DNA of 63,835 nucleotides, filler included. It is 7 parts of 7 records of this genome, joined end to end, with 100 filler letters (N's around TTAATTAATTAA, not from the genome) between each part and the next. Parts side by side here need not be neighbours in the genome. Positions count along the whole stretch, not along the records: positions 25,378 to 32,007 come from SRR20825019_795; positions 32,108 to 41,150 come from SRR20825019_797; positions 41,251 to 48,924 come from SRR20825019_798; 4 more parts are not named here. One strand, given 5' to 3'. The notes under the pieces were generated by a model, which saw only the letters and a list, made by a program, of their open reading frames with translations, was not told the DNA's origin and made no database searches. The stretch's first letter is position 1. The number at the start of each line of letters is the position of its first letter. Both the position numbers and the translations under genes were made by a program. This document shows, in pieces, positions 31,123 to 42,317 of the stretch.

Positions 31123-31854
31123 ATGAACAAGACGACCGCATCAAACACACCGCGCAAAGTTTCACTGACGGAAAAAGTCATTGCCAGTTTGCGACAGGAA
31201 ATTGAAAGCGGTCAACGCGAACCGGGCAGCAAACTTCCAACTGAACCGGTCCTGACCGAAAGGTTTGGGGTGAGCCGCACAGTCATCCGCGAAGCCATTG
31301 CCGCCTTAAAGGCCGACGGTCTTCTTGAACCGCGCCAAGGCGCTGGTGTGTTTGTTTTGACCCCCGAAACCCGCAGCAACGACAAATCGATTTTTGCGGT
31401 TGATTACGCCCAAGTGTCCGACGTTCTGGAAATCCTTGAACTGCGTATGGCGGTCGAGATCGAGGCAGCAGGCCTTGCCTGCACGCGAAGCTCCGTCGCC
31501 CAGCAGGCCAAAATCTATGAGGCGATGGCAAAAATGGAAGCCGCTCTGGAAAAAGGCGATCCAACCGAACAGGCTGACTTTGAATTCCATAGCGCGATTT
31601 CTGCGGCCACCAACAATCGCCGCTTTGCCGAATTTTTGGAACATCTCGGCGATAAAACCATCCCGCGTGCGCAACTGCGCCGCCGCCCGCCAGAAGCCGA
31701 AGATCAAAAGGCCTATATGCACATGATCATGGGCGAACATCGCAAGATTTTTGATGCCATAGCCGCCCGCGAAGATGATGTCGCGCGCAAAGCCATGCGC
31801 GACCATCTCAGCCAAAGCCAGACCCGCTATCAAAAACTCCTGACCCAACGATAA
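31123..31854 (+). CDS. GntR/FadR transcriptional regulator 2
   Basis: LPTEP.L..RFGVSRTVIREA..RQGAGVFV; ADFEFH; FCD domain. Confidence 0.93.
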   Translation: MNKTTASNTPRKVSLTEKVIASLRQEIESGQREPGSKLPTEPVLTERFGVSRTVIREAIAALKADGLLEPRQGAGVFVLTPETRSNDKSIFAVDYAQVSDVLEILELRMAVEIEAAGLACTRSSVAQQAKIYEAMAKMEAALEKGDPTEQADFEFHSAISAATNNRRFAEFLEHLGDKTIPRAQLRRRPPEAEDQKAYMHMIMGEHRKIFDAIAAREDDVARKAMRDHLSQSQTRYQKLLTQR

Positions 31855-31926
31855 TCATCGGGCTTACCGTTTAAACACAGCCACCCTGCCGGGCTTATTC
31901 ACCAAGCGCAGGGTTTCAGCTTTTGA

Positions 31927-32007
31927 TCAGGACGAAATGGCCTTGGCCAAAACACTCATATCGGCAAGAACAATATCCGCCCCTGCGTCATAAAGCCGGT
32001 TTGCCGC
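31927..32007 (-). CDS. C-terminal fragment, probably HAD-family hydrolase
   Basis: ..RLYDAGADIVLADMS..* resembles a HAD C-terminus; cut at the contig edge. Confidence 0.45.
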   Translation of the reverse strand, partial: AANRLYDAGADIVLADMSVLAKAISS

Positions 32008-32107
32008 NNNNNNNNNNNNNNNNNNNNNNNNNNNNNNNNNNNNNNNNNNNNTTAATTAATTAANNNNNNNNNNNNNNNNNNNNNNNNNNNNNNNNNNNNN
32101 NNNNNNN

Positions 32108-35100
32108 CCACGTCCAGGTGCTCATCATCAGATCATCGATCTGCATGTTCAGACGGTACCGTCGAATCCCAGTCCAGATACCCTTCGACGCCCAGTGTAC
32201 CGCACCAGAAAACAATACATTCGCTGCCTCATTGACGCTAGCAAAGTCAAAGAAAAACACCATCATTTCGCCACGGTCACTGGGCGTGTATAGGACACCG
32301 TATACTCCCCCCAACTCGTCGGTTCCGAGGGCCTGAGTCGTAGCAGGGGCGACGACTGCAGCACTGGTGTACCATGAGTTTGTTTGTGCCAACGTACCGC
32401 CAGGAAGGATGTGGGGAAACAAGGACTGTCCAAGCGGTGTCAAGCTGAACGTTCGCGCGTCGCCAGTACCGGCCGCATTCACTGTTGTTCCCGAATCGGC
32501 TAGCGGATACGCGGACACCACTATGCGACGAGTCTTGAACTTCATTTCATAGTCGATCATCGCCAACTCAATGCGCCCACCTGGGCTCAGGCCAGACGGG
32601 AAGCAGGTACAACCAGCATCATAGTACGCCACAGACATATTGCTTAGGACCGCGAAGAGGTAGCGACCGGAACCGTCCGAGTTGACAAAGTGGAGCACGA
32701 GGCCCTTGGCCGTCAAAGCCTTCAGATTCACAAGGTGAACAGAGTGGAAGCCCATCCGGTTCAGGTGGGTGGCAAAATAGAACAGCGCTGGCTCGTTCGT
32801 ATTCATCTTCATGTCGCCCGCGACAAGCACCAGCACCGTCATATCTATCTTCTGTGTCTCGACGGTTGGTCGTGCACCCTCGGCCCGCCGCCTGACCAGA
32901 ATCGGCGCGCTTACATGGTGCGGAGCCACAACAGTTCGGTTGTGAGCCATTCCATTGCCACCGTACATGCGAGGCGAATCGAAGCCCGTGCAAGGAGTCA
33001 TAAGGAGGTTGTCGTTGTAGATGCTGTGAGAGGCACCGCTCAACACATCAGGCGCCACCTCTCCACTGGCAAACCACACTGTACCGGAGTATCCTTCCAT
33101 CCTCAATCGTATTGTCATTCCCACAACTTGGTAATACTTCACAAAGTTGAACGCCTGCCAATCAGTCGATCCTTCCGCATGCGAGTTCACCTCGGCCGCG
33201 GTCACACAGACGCGTCCCAGTTCCCATCCGTGTGTGCCCAATGAGTAAGAGTGGTCGAGTCCCCACGCAGTGAACATGAGGCCCTGTGCCACGTGCTTGT
33301 AGTGTACATCCACCGAGAGCGAATAAGCGGGGGGGTCCGTGTAGCCTGGGATGGCCGCGACACTGTCGGAGCGGCTATACATGTTAACGCAAATGTCATT
33401 GAAGCCGCCCCACTCCAATGCTTGCAGCGGGGTGGTGAATTTGAGATCGAGCTTGGCCCCGCCCCATCTGGAGGGGTCGTTCGAAGAGATCACCTTGATA
33501 GCATTCAAACCCACCCCCGCCCCGAGGGGGCCACCATCCACTTCAAGTGTATATCCATCCTCTCCCTCTGCGTCCCAGTGTGCAGCCCGGTTGCTGGCGG
33601 ACGGGTCTTGCACGAAGCGGCCATTAGGGCAGAAGTCAGTTGTATAGTTACTTCTGCCAAGCAATACCTCCATGTACCCCGGGCTGGGCCCGCATGTGCC
33701 GCCCTCCCGCGGCTGGCTCCCCCCATGGTGAACAACACACCCTGCGGCCCTCATCGACGGAAGGGCACGCACAGCCTCGGTGCGGGCCTCTGCGGGGGCA
33801 ACAGACCATCCATACGGCAGGGCGCCGGCCCGGACATCGGAGATGAGTCCATATTCGTAATCGCCAACCACGACGAGATTGTTGGGAGTCAGCTCCAAGG
33901 GCCGTGAAGGAGCAGTGTCCGGGGCCGCGGTGCGAGCCAGAAGGATGCGAGCGGGGCATGACGACACCCCGTAATAGTTTTCCTGAGGGTACATCCCCCC
34001 GCCCATCCCAAGTGTGTCGTTGTTCAAGACGGTGCGCATCGTAGTGCCGCACGGGGCGCCCATGTAATCAATGCCACTTCCATCATGGAGAACGAGGCAG
34101 CGCGTTCCAAACAGTGGCGTCGTTCCTGCCACCATGGCGATGGTGACGTTATCCCTCGGGGCAAACTGCCATCCGGCAGGCAGCCTGAGATAGCCGTGTT
34201 GACATCCCATCGATGCAGCCATGGGCGGAGTGTTATCCATGGTTGCATATTCCCGGCCGCCAAACACGTAAGTGTTGGTCACCTCCGCGGAGCGGTCCGC
34301 CGGCTGCCAGCCACTTTCACGCTTGCGAATAAGGATGCGGCTGGAACAGTGAGCAGGTCGGAACGGGTTGTTGAGGAGGTGACTCGCAGCAGTGTGGGGG
34401 CACGCGAAGGACGTGCTTGCGTACGCGTGCCGTGGGGGGCCGTGGGGGCGGTGGGTGAACTTGCTGGGGCCTATTACACGCCCCGCCGCCCAGCGGGATC
34501 CGCCCTTGACGGTATAGTCCACCTCGCCTTCCGTCACTTGACCACCAAGCTTGACTCCAAACGACAGTGAGGTCCCAGGAGAGCAGGACACCCCTTCCCA
34601 GAGATAGCCGCCTTGCATATGGGTTGTGGTATCAACATCATCCTCGGCAAGGGCGCGGCCAGTCCCGATTCCAATAGGGAACCAAAGGAGAGACCACAGC
34701 GACGCCTCACCACCAATTGCAACAGCATGCAATGCCTCAGGACCTGCGGGGCGTGATGCGGGGTTCATGCCGGTGCAGTTGAGGACGTAATTGAATGTCG
34801 TTCCGGCCCCGTCGTATGACTTGCCGGTGTAGACAAGACGCCATTCCACATCATCCAATGGATGCTCCGTGAATCCGGACGGAGTGACAGTGGCTCCACC
34901 TCCCGTGCCACCCCCGCCCCCACTGCGATCAGTAGCGACAGCACTTCCGTCCGCCAAAACTAAGCAGTCTGCTCCAAAGCGGTATCCGGACACTAGAGCA
35001 CGCACGTCTGCAGAGTCGCTAGCAATCTCGAAGCCGGGGGGCACAACGCCCACTCCCACCTCGTGATGCGTGCAGTCATCCTTCCAGTTACTGTGCGCAT

Positions 35101-38100
35101 CGACAAGGTGGTCGTCCAGGGTGGCATACACGTATTCTCCGAAACCGACCAGGTTCACAGGCGCACCAACCCCAATAGCTGTCACGTACGACCCAGTCAT
35201 TGGTGTAAAACCGCCACCAGCTTGGTCCTCCCAATACAACGAAACCCCGGTGCCACGCTCCGACCACGTGAAGAACCGCAACTCGACACGGTACTCCTGT
35301 CCGGGCTGGAACGTGTGCCAGTCAGACGTGGTGCTCATGGCTGCGGCGTATGTGTATGGGCTTCCGTCACTGCTAGTCGAAGGTGCAACCTGCGCGCCAT
35401 TGATGAACAGGGCGGCGGCCGAGAGCGAATTCTCCACGCGGAAGCGGAATGTCTTTGGGACGGGGACCTCCAGGATCGAGTTCCACCTGTGCAAACCGTT
35501 AGTATTCTGGCAGCAATGTCACGGGTGCCCTCGCCTACCGTGCACCAAAGTATGTTGACGGCACGCTAGCGTCCATCACGAAGGTGGAGTAGAAGGTCGT
35601 GTCGTCGGAGTTCCAATTACTGACATCAATAATGATTTCAGAGGTCTCATGAACTTCTTCCGCAAAACGCGTCGCCTCGGCGCGGCCATCGCTGCGGAAA
35701 GACCGATAGTACTTGGCCTGCCAGTTACCATAATCCCTGTAATTCAACAGGTTGACAGTGTCACCAATGGCACCATTTACCGTGACACGAATGCCGAGGC
35801 CGGTGCCAGTGCTCGGAGGGGAAGAGCACTCCACAAGGGTGGGCGACACCCATCCCACCTCCGAGCACGCCTCTGACGAGAGCAAGCCAGCGCTCGGTCC
35901 AAAATGGAATCCCATCAGGGTGATAACTGATGGCCTGTGCTGGGAGGGGTCCGGGACAACAGCGGTGATCGTAGGCTTTGTGTACGAAAAGATGACTGCC
36001 GTGCGCCCCACCATTCCATCCACGGTGACCTTGACCGATGAAGGCAGTCCTACCGCTACTGACATCAGGGTAATGGTGCAGTCCACACGGCTGTCATCCA
36101 CCCAGGCCGCAGTGTCGCACGGATTCCCGGCAATAGACGCTGAAACAGCGGCAGGCGGAGTGGCACCAAAGTATTGCCCCGATATTGTGATGGTAGAAGA
36201 CACCATGAGGTTAGGTACGGTGGCATGCTGCACCACCGGTTCGATTCGATTCATCGTAAACATATCAGTCATTCCATACGAAGGCCCCGCTAGGTCACCC
36301 GCAGTGTGGCCCACTGATCGCACTGCAGTGGAGTTGGACAGCAAGATCACCCCTTCAGCCACATCGTCCATTACTGTTCCATCCTGCACAATGTATTCAG
36401 GAGTCGTCTCCCCAACATATACCTTTGCCAGAAAAAGATCATCGAGGCCCATTCCAGCACCCCCCAGGGCCCCCTTGGTCTTGCCAGACACATAGACCAC
36501 GCCGGCCGAGGTGACATACCCTCCCATTGGCTCATCGTGCGCCGAAGTACCAAATTGAAGCCCGTTCAACCTCGCACCAGTGGCTGGGTCGAATTCCAAC
36601 ACCACCACGTCCTTTCCGCCATTCCACGACCCTGCCATTGCCCCCTCGGTATAGCCTATGACAACAATCCCGCCGGACGACACTCCGGAGGCACATGGAG
36701 CGTCTACGCGAGAGGCGTACCCATCTGTGATTCCCCAAAGGCGGGCGCCCGTGGCCGCATCGTATTTTACCAAGACCCAGTCCTGTTCCGCTCCCGTTGA
36801 GTAACCACTAGCGTACACTTCACCGCCACCCGTGGGCACGGCCACGGTTGTTCCGGAGGCTGCTGCTTCCTGCATCGTCCACGTCACGGCCCCCGTCCCA
36901 GCATGGATGCGCTGGGTTACCATACCCCCAGGTACCGCTCCCGCCATAATCCCACCGGTCGCCCCGACGACAAAGGCAGCAGAAGACAAACGGTGATATG
37001 CCACTCCAAAATATCCATCGTCCGCCGCTGTCCCTTCTTGAACCATCCACATGCGGACACCTGTGGTGCCGTTGATCCCGTATGCCACGCCGTCCCACAT
37101 GCCCGCGGACGTCCCTCCCAATGCTCCCAAGCTCCGCCCCGCCACGCATATCATGTCGCTGCTGGGGTCGCCGGAGTCTGTCGACACATCGCGCAGCTCA
37201 TCGCTCCACATACTGCCAAACTCCGCATGCCACACGTTGGAGCCGTCGTCATTCATGACAGCGATCATAAATTGATTCCCCATCAACGACATCCCCAGTC
37301 CCATGGTGGAGTTGAGTCCACATTCGGGGCCGGCGAACGCGGGTGGGCACATGCACATGCACTCATCAGCATCCAGAATGCCGCCGTTTTGGCAGCTGGG
37401 AATGGAGCAAACATCACAACTGTATCCCGCCCACATTCCCTTGCAAACGCAATTACACCCTACGGGGTCCAGATGCCCGTGCGGCTCGCACTCGGAAGCC
37501 ACGCGGATACAAGTTTTGCAGTCAAGCCCTCCCCAGGGATGTTCGCATGAGCAACTGCACGAGGCCAGATCGAACACTCCGCCCTTATCGCAAACCCGAT
37601 TACACGTGTCACAGAGCGCCCCCTTCCAACCGAGGTCACAGTCGCATGAGCACCGGTTATTTGGAGTGCCGTGAGCTCCACATGACGGGAGGGGGTCGCA
37701 CTGAGGTACGTAGATGTAATTCATCCCAAGATAGTCCAACTGCGTCACAGCATTGAACGGCGAGAGGGTGCTGACATAGCGAATGTGGATACTGTTGTGT
37801 TCATCTGTATACTCAAGGATACTGGAGACGGGATAATTCACGAGCCAGTCATGCCATGTCCATGCCAGAGCAGTCACGTAATCATCCACAAACCCCAGAG
37901 ACTCCCATTGGGTTGACGCGTGGTTGTAAATGTCAAACCCGTACGACTGGGCAAAGATATCATCTCCTCGGACCTTGGCATGGAAGACCAAGCTGGACTG
38001 CCGTGACAACAATACCTCCGAGGTTACATTGAATACAAACGTACCCGTATATGGCGAACCAAGCTCCAGGTAACTGGCATAAACATCCTGGGTCCCGGTG

Positions 38101-39212
38101 AGATCGCTGGTTTGTACTTTGTCCACTGCCTGAAAGCCATCGATTGGCCCGTATATCACCGGGGTCTGCTCTGCCGGAGTGGTGCAGTTACACCGCACAG
38201 AATCCAAGACGCCGCCATTGGGGCACGATGCCAGGCTGCATGTGGCGCAGCCAGTCCCTTGCCACGGGGCCTCGCACTGGCATGAACACGTCACCGGGTC
38301 CACTATCTCCCGATTGCCAGGGCAGGTTGTCAAGCTGCACATCTCACACCGAGGACCACCCCAGTTGCCCGAGCACGCGCAGGAGCACAAGCCTGGGTCT
38401 GCCACGCCGTCGTGTACGCACGATATCACGCACTCATCACAGATGTCCCCAATCCACCCAGGCATGCACTCGCATCCACACGACAAGAAGCTGAAGTTGC
38501 CGTGGAGCCCGCACTCAAACTCCACCGGACACCGCGCCCTCCATGCCATCGACACCAGTAGACTGTCTATCTGCGTCACCGGGTTGAACGCAGAGAGAGT
38601 CGTCCGATATCGAATGATAATCTCCCCACTCGACGGTTCAATTATTCCCTCCAGCCCCGCCTCTCTTTCCATCTTCACATCCCAGTCATGCCACTCCCAT
38701 GCAGTGGTATACCCACTTAGATCGCCGAGCGCATGGAACACCCCAGCGGAGTGGTTGTATACATCCAGTCCATAAGACTGCGCAAATATGTCATCACCAC
38801 GGGTCCGTGCGTGGACACCAATCTCTGTCACGGTAGTGTGGTTGATACTGTCCCGCGGCGCAACGAATACAAAGCTCCCCGTGTACGGCGACGACAGCTC
38901 AATGTAGTCCGCATACACGTCCTGTGTGCCTGTGAGGTCGCTAGTCTTGACCTTGTCCACCAGTTGCGAGTTGTCGACCGGGCTGTAGCTCACGGGCGCC
39001 ACAGGAGCTTGGGTGTAGTGCCGCAGGAAGTCCTCTCGGGCACTCGACCGTCCCACTGCCACGGTGGTCCGCCGGGCACCTTCAGCCACAGCCAGCGCCA
39101 TATCATATCCGGTCGAACCCGACTGTTTCTTCCACGGCGTATTGTCGCCACATATCGTATTTGTGGTCAACGCCACCAGTACCACCAACCAGGCCGCATG
39201 TATGCGTGGCAT
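32108..39212 (-). CDS. Giant secreted mosaic protein (exons 39212-35539 and 35486-<32108; >=2351 aa, 3'-truncated) ending in an Agd3-like region
   Basis: Signal peptide; propeller repeats (QFGTSAHDE..VYVSGKTKG), EGF arrays, IPT/TIG (ITISGQYFG, ITLMGFHFG), PA14 restored by splicing, C-terminal WASKGIWTGIRRYRLNMQIDD. Confidence 0.85.
35487..35538 (-). other. 52-nt spliceosomal intron
   Basis: GTAGGC...TACTAAC...GCACAG; removal restores the frame (FGAR|WNSILEVP). Confidence 0.9.
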
Positions 39213-39544
39213 GTCGCAACGGGCGCTGCGCTTTCTATATGTTCTACTGAGGTCGCTCCACGCGTTATATCAAACTGAACGTGTCGAGGTGGCTCGATTC
39301 GCAACTAGTTTGCAAGCAAGGGGGGCTAAAGGGATCGTCTCCATCCCCTGTTCAGCACACAGGCACTCGGCACTCTGCCTTGACTCGGAGGAGGAGCGTG
39401 TGATACGGGAGGAATGGATCTGTTGTGATAATAAGGGGAAGCTGGTATCGACCTGTTGGAGTCGTGAACTCATCAGGCGCTCCCACCAACAACGATGGTT
39501 TGTCTTGGGCGGGCGCTTGAGTTCCGGGCCTGCTGTAGACGCTC

Positions 39545-39775
39545 GTCACGGCGAGCGGCCGCGCGTCTCGTCGGTTTCAGGCCGGGCCCGGCCCCGGCCG
39601 GCCGGGGCATCCGAGTCACCCGGCGCGGCCAGGCACCGCGCGGCGGCCGGGCGCTGGCGCGGCGGCCTCGGCCCGGCGCCCACCGCTGGCGGCCGGGGCC
39701 CCCGGCCCGCCGCCGCCCGGCCCCGGCACCGGGCTGGCCACGCGGGCCGGCGAACCCGCCCGGGCGTGTGCCGGT
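39545..39775. other. Extremely GC-rich intergenic island
   Basis: Dense GGCC/CCGG/CGCG runs with very few A/T, followed abruptly by a T-rich stretch. Confidence 0.7.
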
Positions 39776-39991
39776 CAACGCTCCGAAATGGGAGTCAATC
39801 AAACTTTGTTTTTTGTAGTCATGTTTTAAGGTCATTGTTTTTTCCGGGAGCCTGCCCAGCGGATGAGTGGCTCCGGTCGCAGTAGCCAGGCTGAAGCCGC
39901 TGTCGTTCGCTGGCGTGGGGGACAAAACGAGGGACTGCTATTTGCCAGAGTACTCCTTCCACAATCATATTTATCAAACAATCAACAAGAC

Positions 39992-40849
39992 TCATTCGTC
40001 TTGACGATAATAGCGCAACTTGTTCTTAGCCACATCATTGATACGTGCACTCAGTCCACCGTCCTTGGACAATGGGTCGTCCTTCCATCCGTCAGCATAC
40101 ACCAAATGGGCATGCTTCCGGTCCCTGTGGGCATAGAACTTAGACCTGTTCCAAAACGGCTTGCAGTGACGATCAACATTGTTGGGGTCGCAAAGCATGC
40201 AGAAGCTGTAGTGGTTGCAAGCAACATACTTCATAGAACCATCGATGCCAACAACGCGCTTGCACAGAGTATGCGACCAGTCTCCAGTAGTACGTGACTT
40301 CATGAAGTACAACTGACCACACCCTTGTGAGTTCTCGGCTCCAGGTTCGCACACCATCGCCTCTCCTCTCGGAATGAGATCGTTCACTGTATGGCTCGTG
40401 CGCATGGCAACGTTTCCGCGAATACCGCCTTGCTGGCGGGGCGGTGCAGATCGCTTCTTAGGGGGGCTATCGTCCTCCTCTTCAGTTTTCATTTTCTTCG
40501 GGACACAGACCTCAATCTGGACTGGGGGGAACACTGCCTTCCTTTTCCTCTTCGGAGGGGCAGGGGCAGCGAATGTAGGGGTTGGGGTTGAGCCAATGCT
40601 GGCAAGTAGCTCGTCACACAAAGGCACAGAATTCTCGTGAAGATCAGAGGATATCGCAGTGAACAGGTTCTTTGTCTGCACACATCCCTCCGCAATATCC
40701 GCGATGGCCGAGACCGACGGCGCCGGATTCACCGGCGCGGCATCGCGAAGAACGGACGATCCAAAGTCAATCTGAGGCAAGTCAATCTCAGCGAGGGTTG
40801 CCAAAAAGTCGTCCTCGTCAAAGGTAGAGTCTAATGATAGAGAATTCAT
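39992..40849 (-). CDS. Hypothetical nuclear protein with Cys/His-rich C-terminus
   Basis: Acidic N-terminus, PKRKRK NLS-like motif, CMLC..HRDRKH. Confidence 0.6.
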   Translation of the reverse strand: MNSLSLDSTFDEDDFLATLAEIDLPQIDFGSSVLRDAAPVNPAPSVSAIADIAEGCVQTKNLFTAISSDLHENSVPLCDELLASIGSTPTPTFAAPAPPKRKRKAVFPPVQIEVCVPKKMKTEEEDDSPPKKRSAPPRQQGGIRGNVAMRTSHTVNDLIPRGEAMVCEPGAENSQGCGQLYFMKSRTTGDWSHTLCKRVVGIDGSMKYVACNHYSFCMLCDPNNVDRHCKPFWNRSKFYAHRDRKHAHLVYADGWKDDPLSKDGGLSARINDVAKNKLRYYRQDE

Positions 40850-41250
40850 TTTGTCCTTGTGTGTTATTTCACCGCACTCCCGAAGTCCTGATGAAAATCC
40901 GACTGACGAATAGTAGTGTTGTACATTGTAAAGTTCTTCTTGACCTAGTGAAAATTTCCAGCTGTATTAAAAGGTAGAATCTTTAAGAATATATGAGGCT
41001 GCTCAGTAGATGTTATGGGCACAAAAAAAAAACAGTGCCTTAGTGTTGAAAAGAAAGCCTTCTTGTATGACAAATTTATGCCAAGACTTGGAGCATATTT
41101 ATATTAGGAGGGGGAAGGATGGGAAGTGGGGGGGGGGGGGGGGGGGGGGGNNNNNNNNNNNNNNNNNNNNNNNNNNNNNNNNNNNNNNNNNNNNTTAATT
41201 AATTAANNNNNNNNNNNNNNNNNNNNNNNNNNNNNNNNNNNNNNNNNNNN

Positions 41251-41759
41251 ATGTGCTTCTCGCCCCTGAACTTCTCACTGACGGCCCGATCGAGGACCGT
41301 CTGTAGAGGTACCTTGGGGGTCTTAGCTCCGCACATCTTGGTGAGGTGGGTCTCCCTAAAGGGGAAGGCCCCGTCGGAGGTGGCCTTGGTACGTTGGGAC
41401 CTACGCAGCTCCTCCACGGCGGTACGACCACGGTGGTCAAACTCGTCGAATGGACGGAAGCGGTACGCCTTGGCAGGGGCGCTTGCGGTCCAGGGGGTCA
41501 TCTCGTCGCCCATGGGGGTACGGGTACCTACGTACCACATCTGCTGGAAGTCGTCGAGTGGGACATCGGGGTGGATGAGGCGGCCACGGATGGAAGTGGG
41601 GAAGGAGTCCTCGATGGGGTCCAGCTTATCCACCGCCTTGGTGTCGTTGAAATTCTGGGGGGCTCCAGTGGGGGGAGGACCCTCCTGGCGGGGGGCTCCA
41701 CCGATAAGGCGATACCGAGCCCAATGTCCGGAGTGGACGGGGGCAGTACGGCGAAGCAT
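41251..41759 (-). CDS. Hypothetical mitochondrion-targeted protein, 3'-truncated
   Basis: MLRR N-terminus; coding-like codon bias; pyrimidine tract and AG upstream. Confidence 0.65.
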
Positions 41760-42317
41760 ATATCCTTGGCTTCCTATCTATCAAATAGAAAATAAATATA
41801 AAGATGGGGTATTTAACGAAAATAAGGCACACTTTTGAAAGGCATTACAATCAATTGGGGTAGCAGAGAAAGGGCCCATACACCCCATCTCTCTTTCAAC
41901 GCCCCCCACAAGACACCACGTAAAATCAGTTTGGTAGGGTGTTGAACAGTTAACCAGTAAAGGACAAACCATGTGGTGATGGACGTAAGGGATGGTTGTG
42001 TTTGGGTTCCGTCGGAGGTTGGGAGTAGATATGTATCTCCCTCAGTGGGGGTACTCCCCACACCACCAACTCCTTCCTACTATCCCTCAAATATCTCACA
42101 CCACTACACTATGGCCGCCATAATAAATAAAATCCAAGTCGCAAACAATATAGTGCGCTAAACACCGCTTTATTAATAATTTGTTGTTTTTAGTCGGGGG
42201 GCCATCTATTTCCTCACCGCACCACTCCACGCCAAAACGGGCGCAGAGGGGGCAGTAAGCAAGTTAAGAGGCGATCGGGGCGTGTGTCGTTGTTTGAAAC
42301 GGATGATACCTAGTTGT

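Noticed and set aside
35495-35537. Stop readthrough or frameshift between the two large ORFs
   Set aside because: A canonical intron with branch point explains the junction exactly
39064-39925. Arg/Gly/Pro-rich ORFs on both strands
   Set aside because: By-product of the GC island lacking stop codons
41128-41150. Poly-G run / possible G-quadruplex
   Set aside because: Sits at the contig end; typical sequencing artefact
32108-41150. Giant-virus origin, or bacteria-to-eukaryote transfer inferred from adjacency to bacterial contigs
   Set aside because: No viral hallmark genes, a spliceosomal intron is present, and the adjacency is only through artificial spacers
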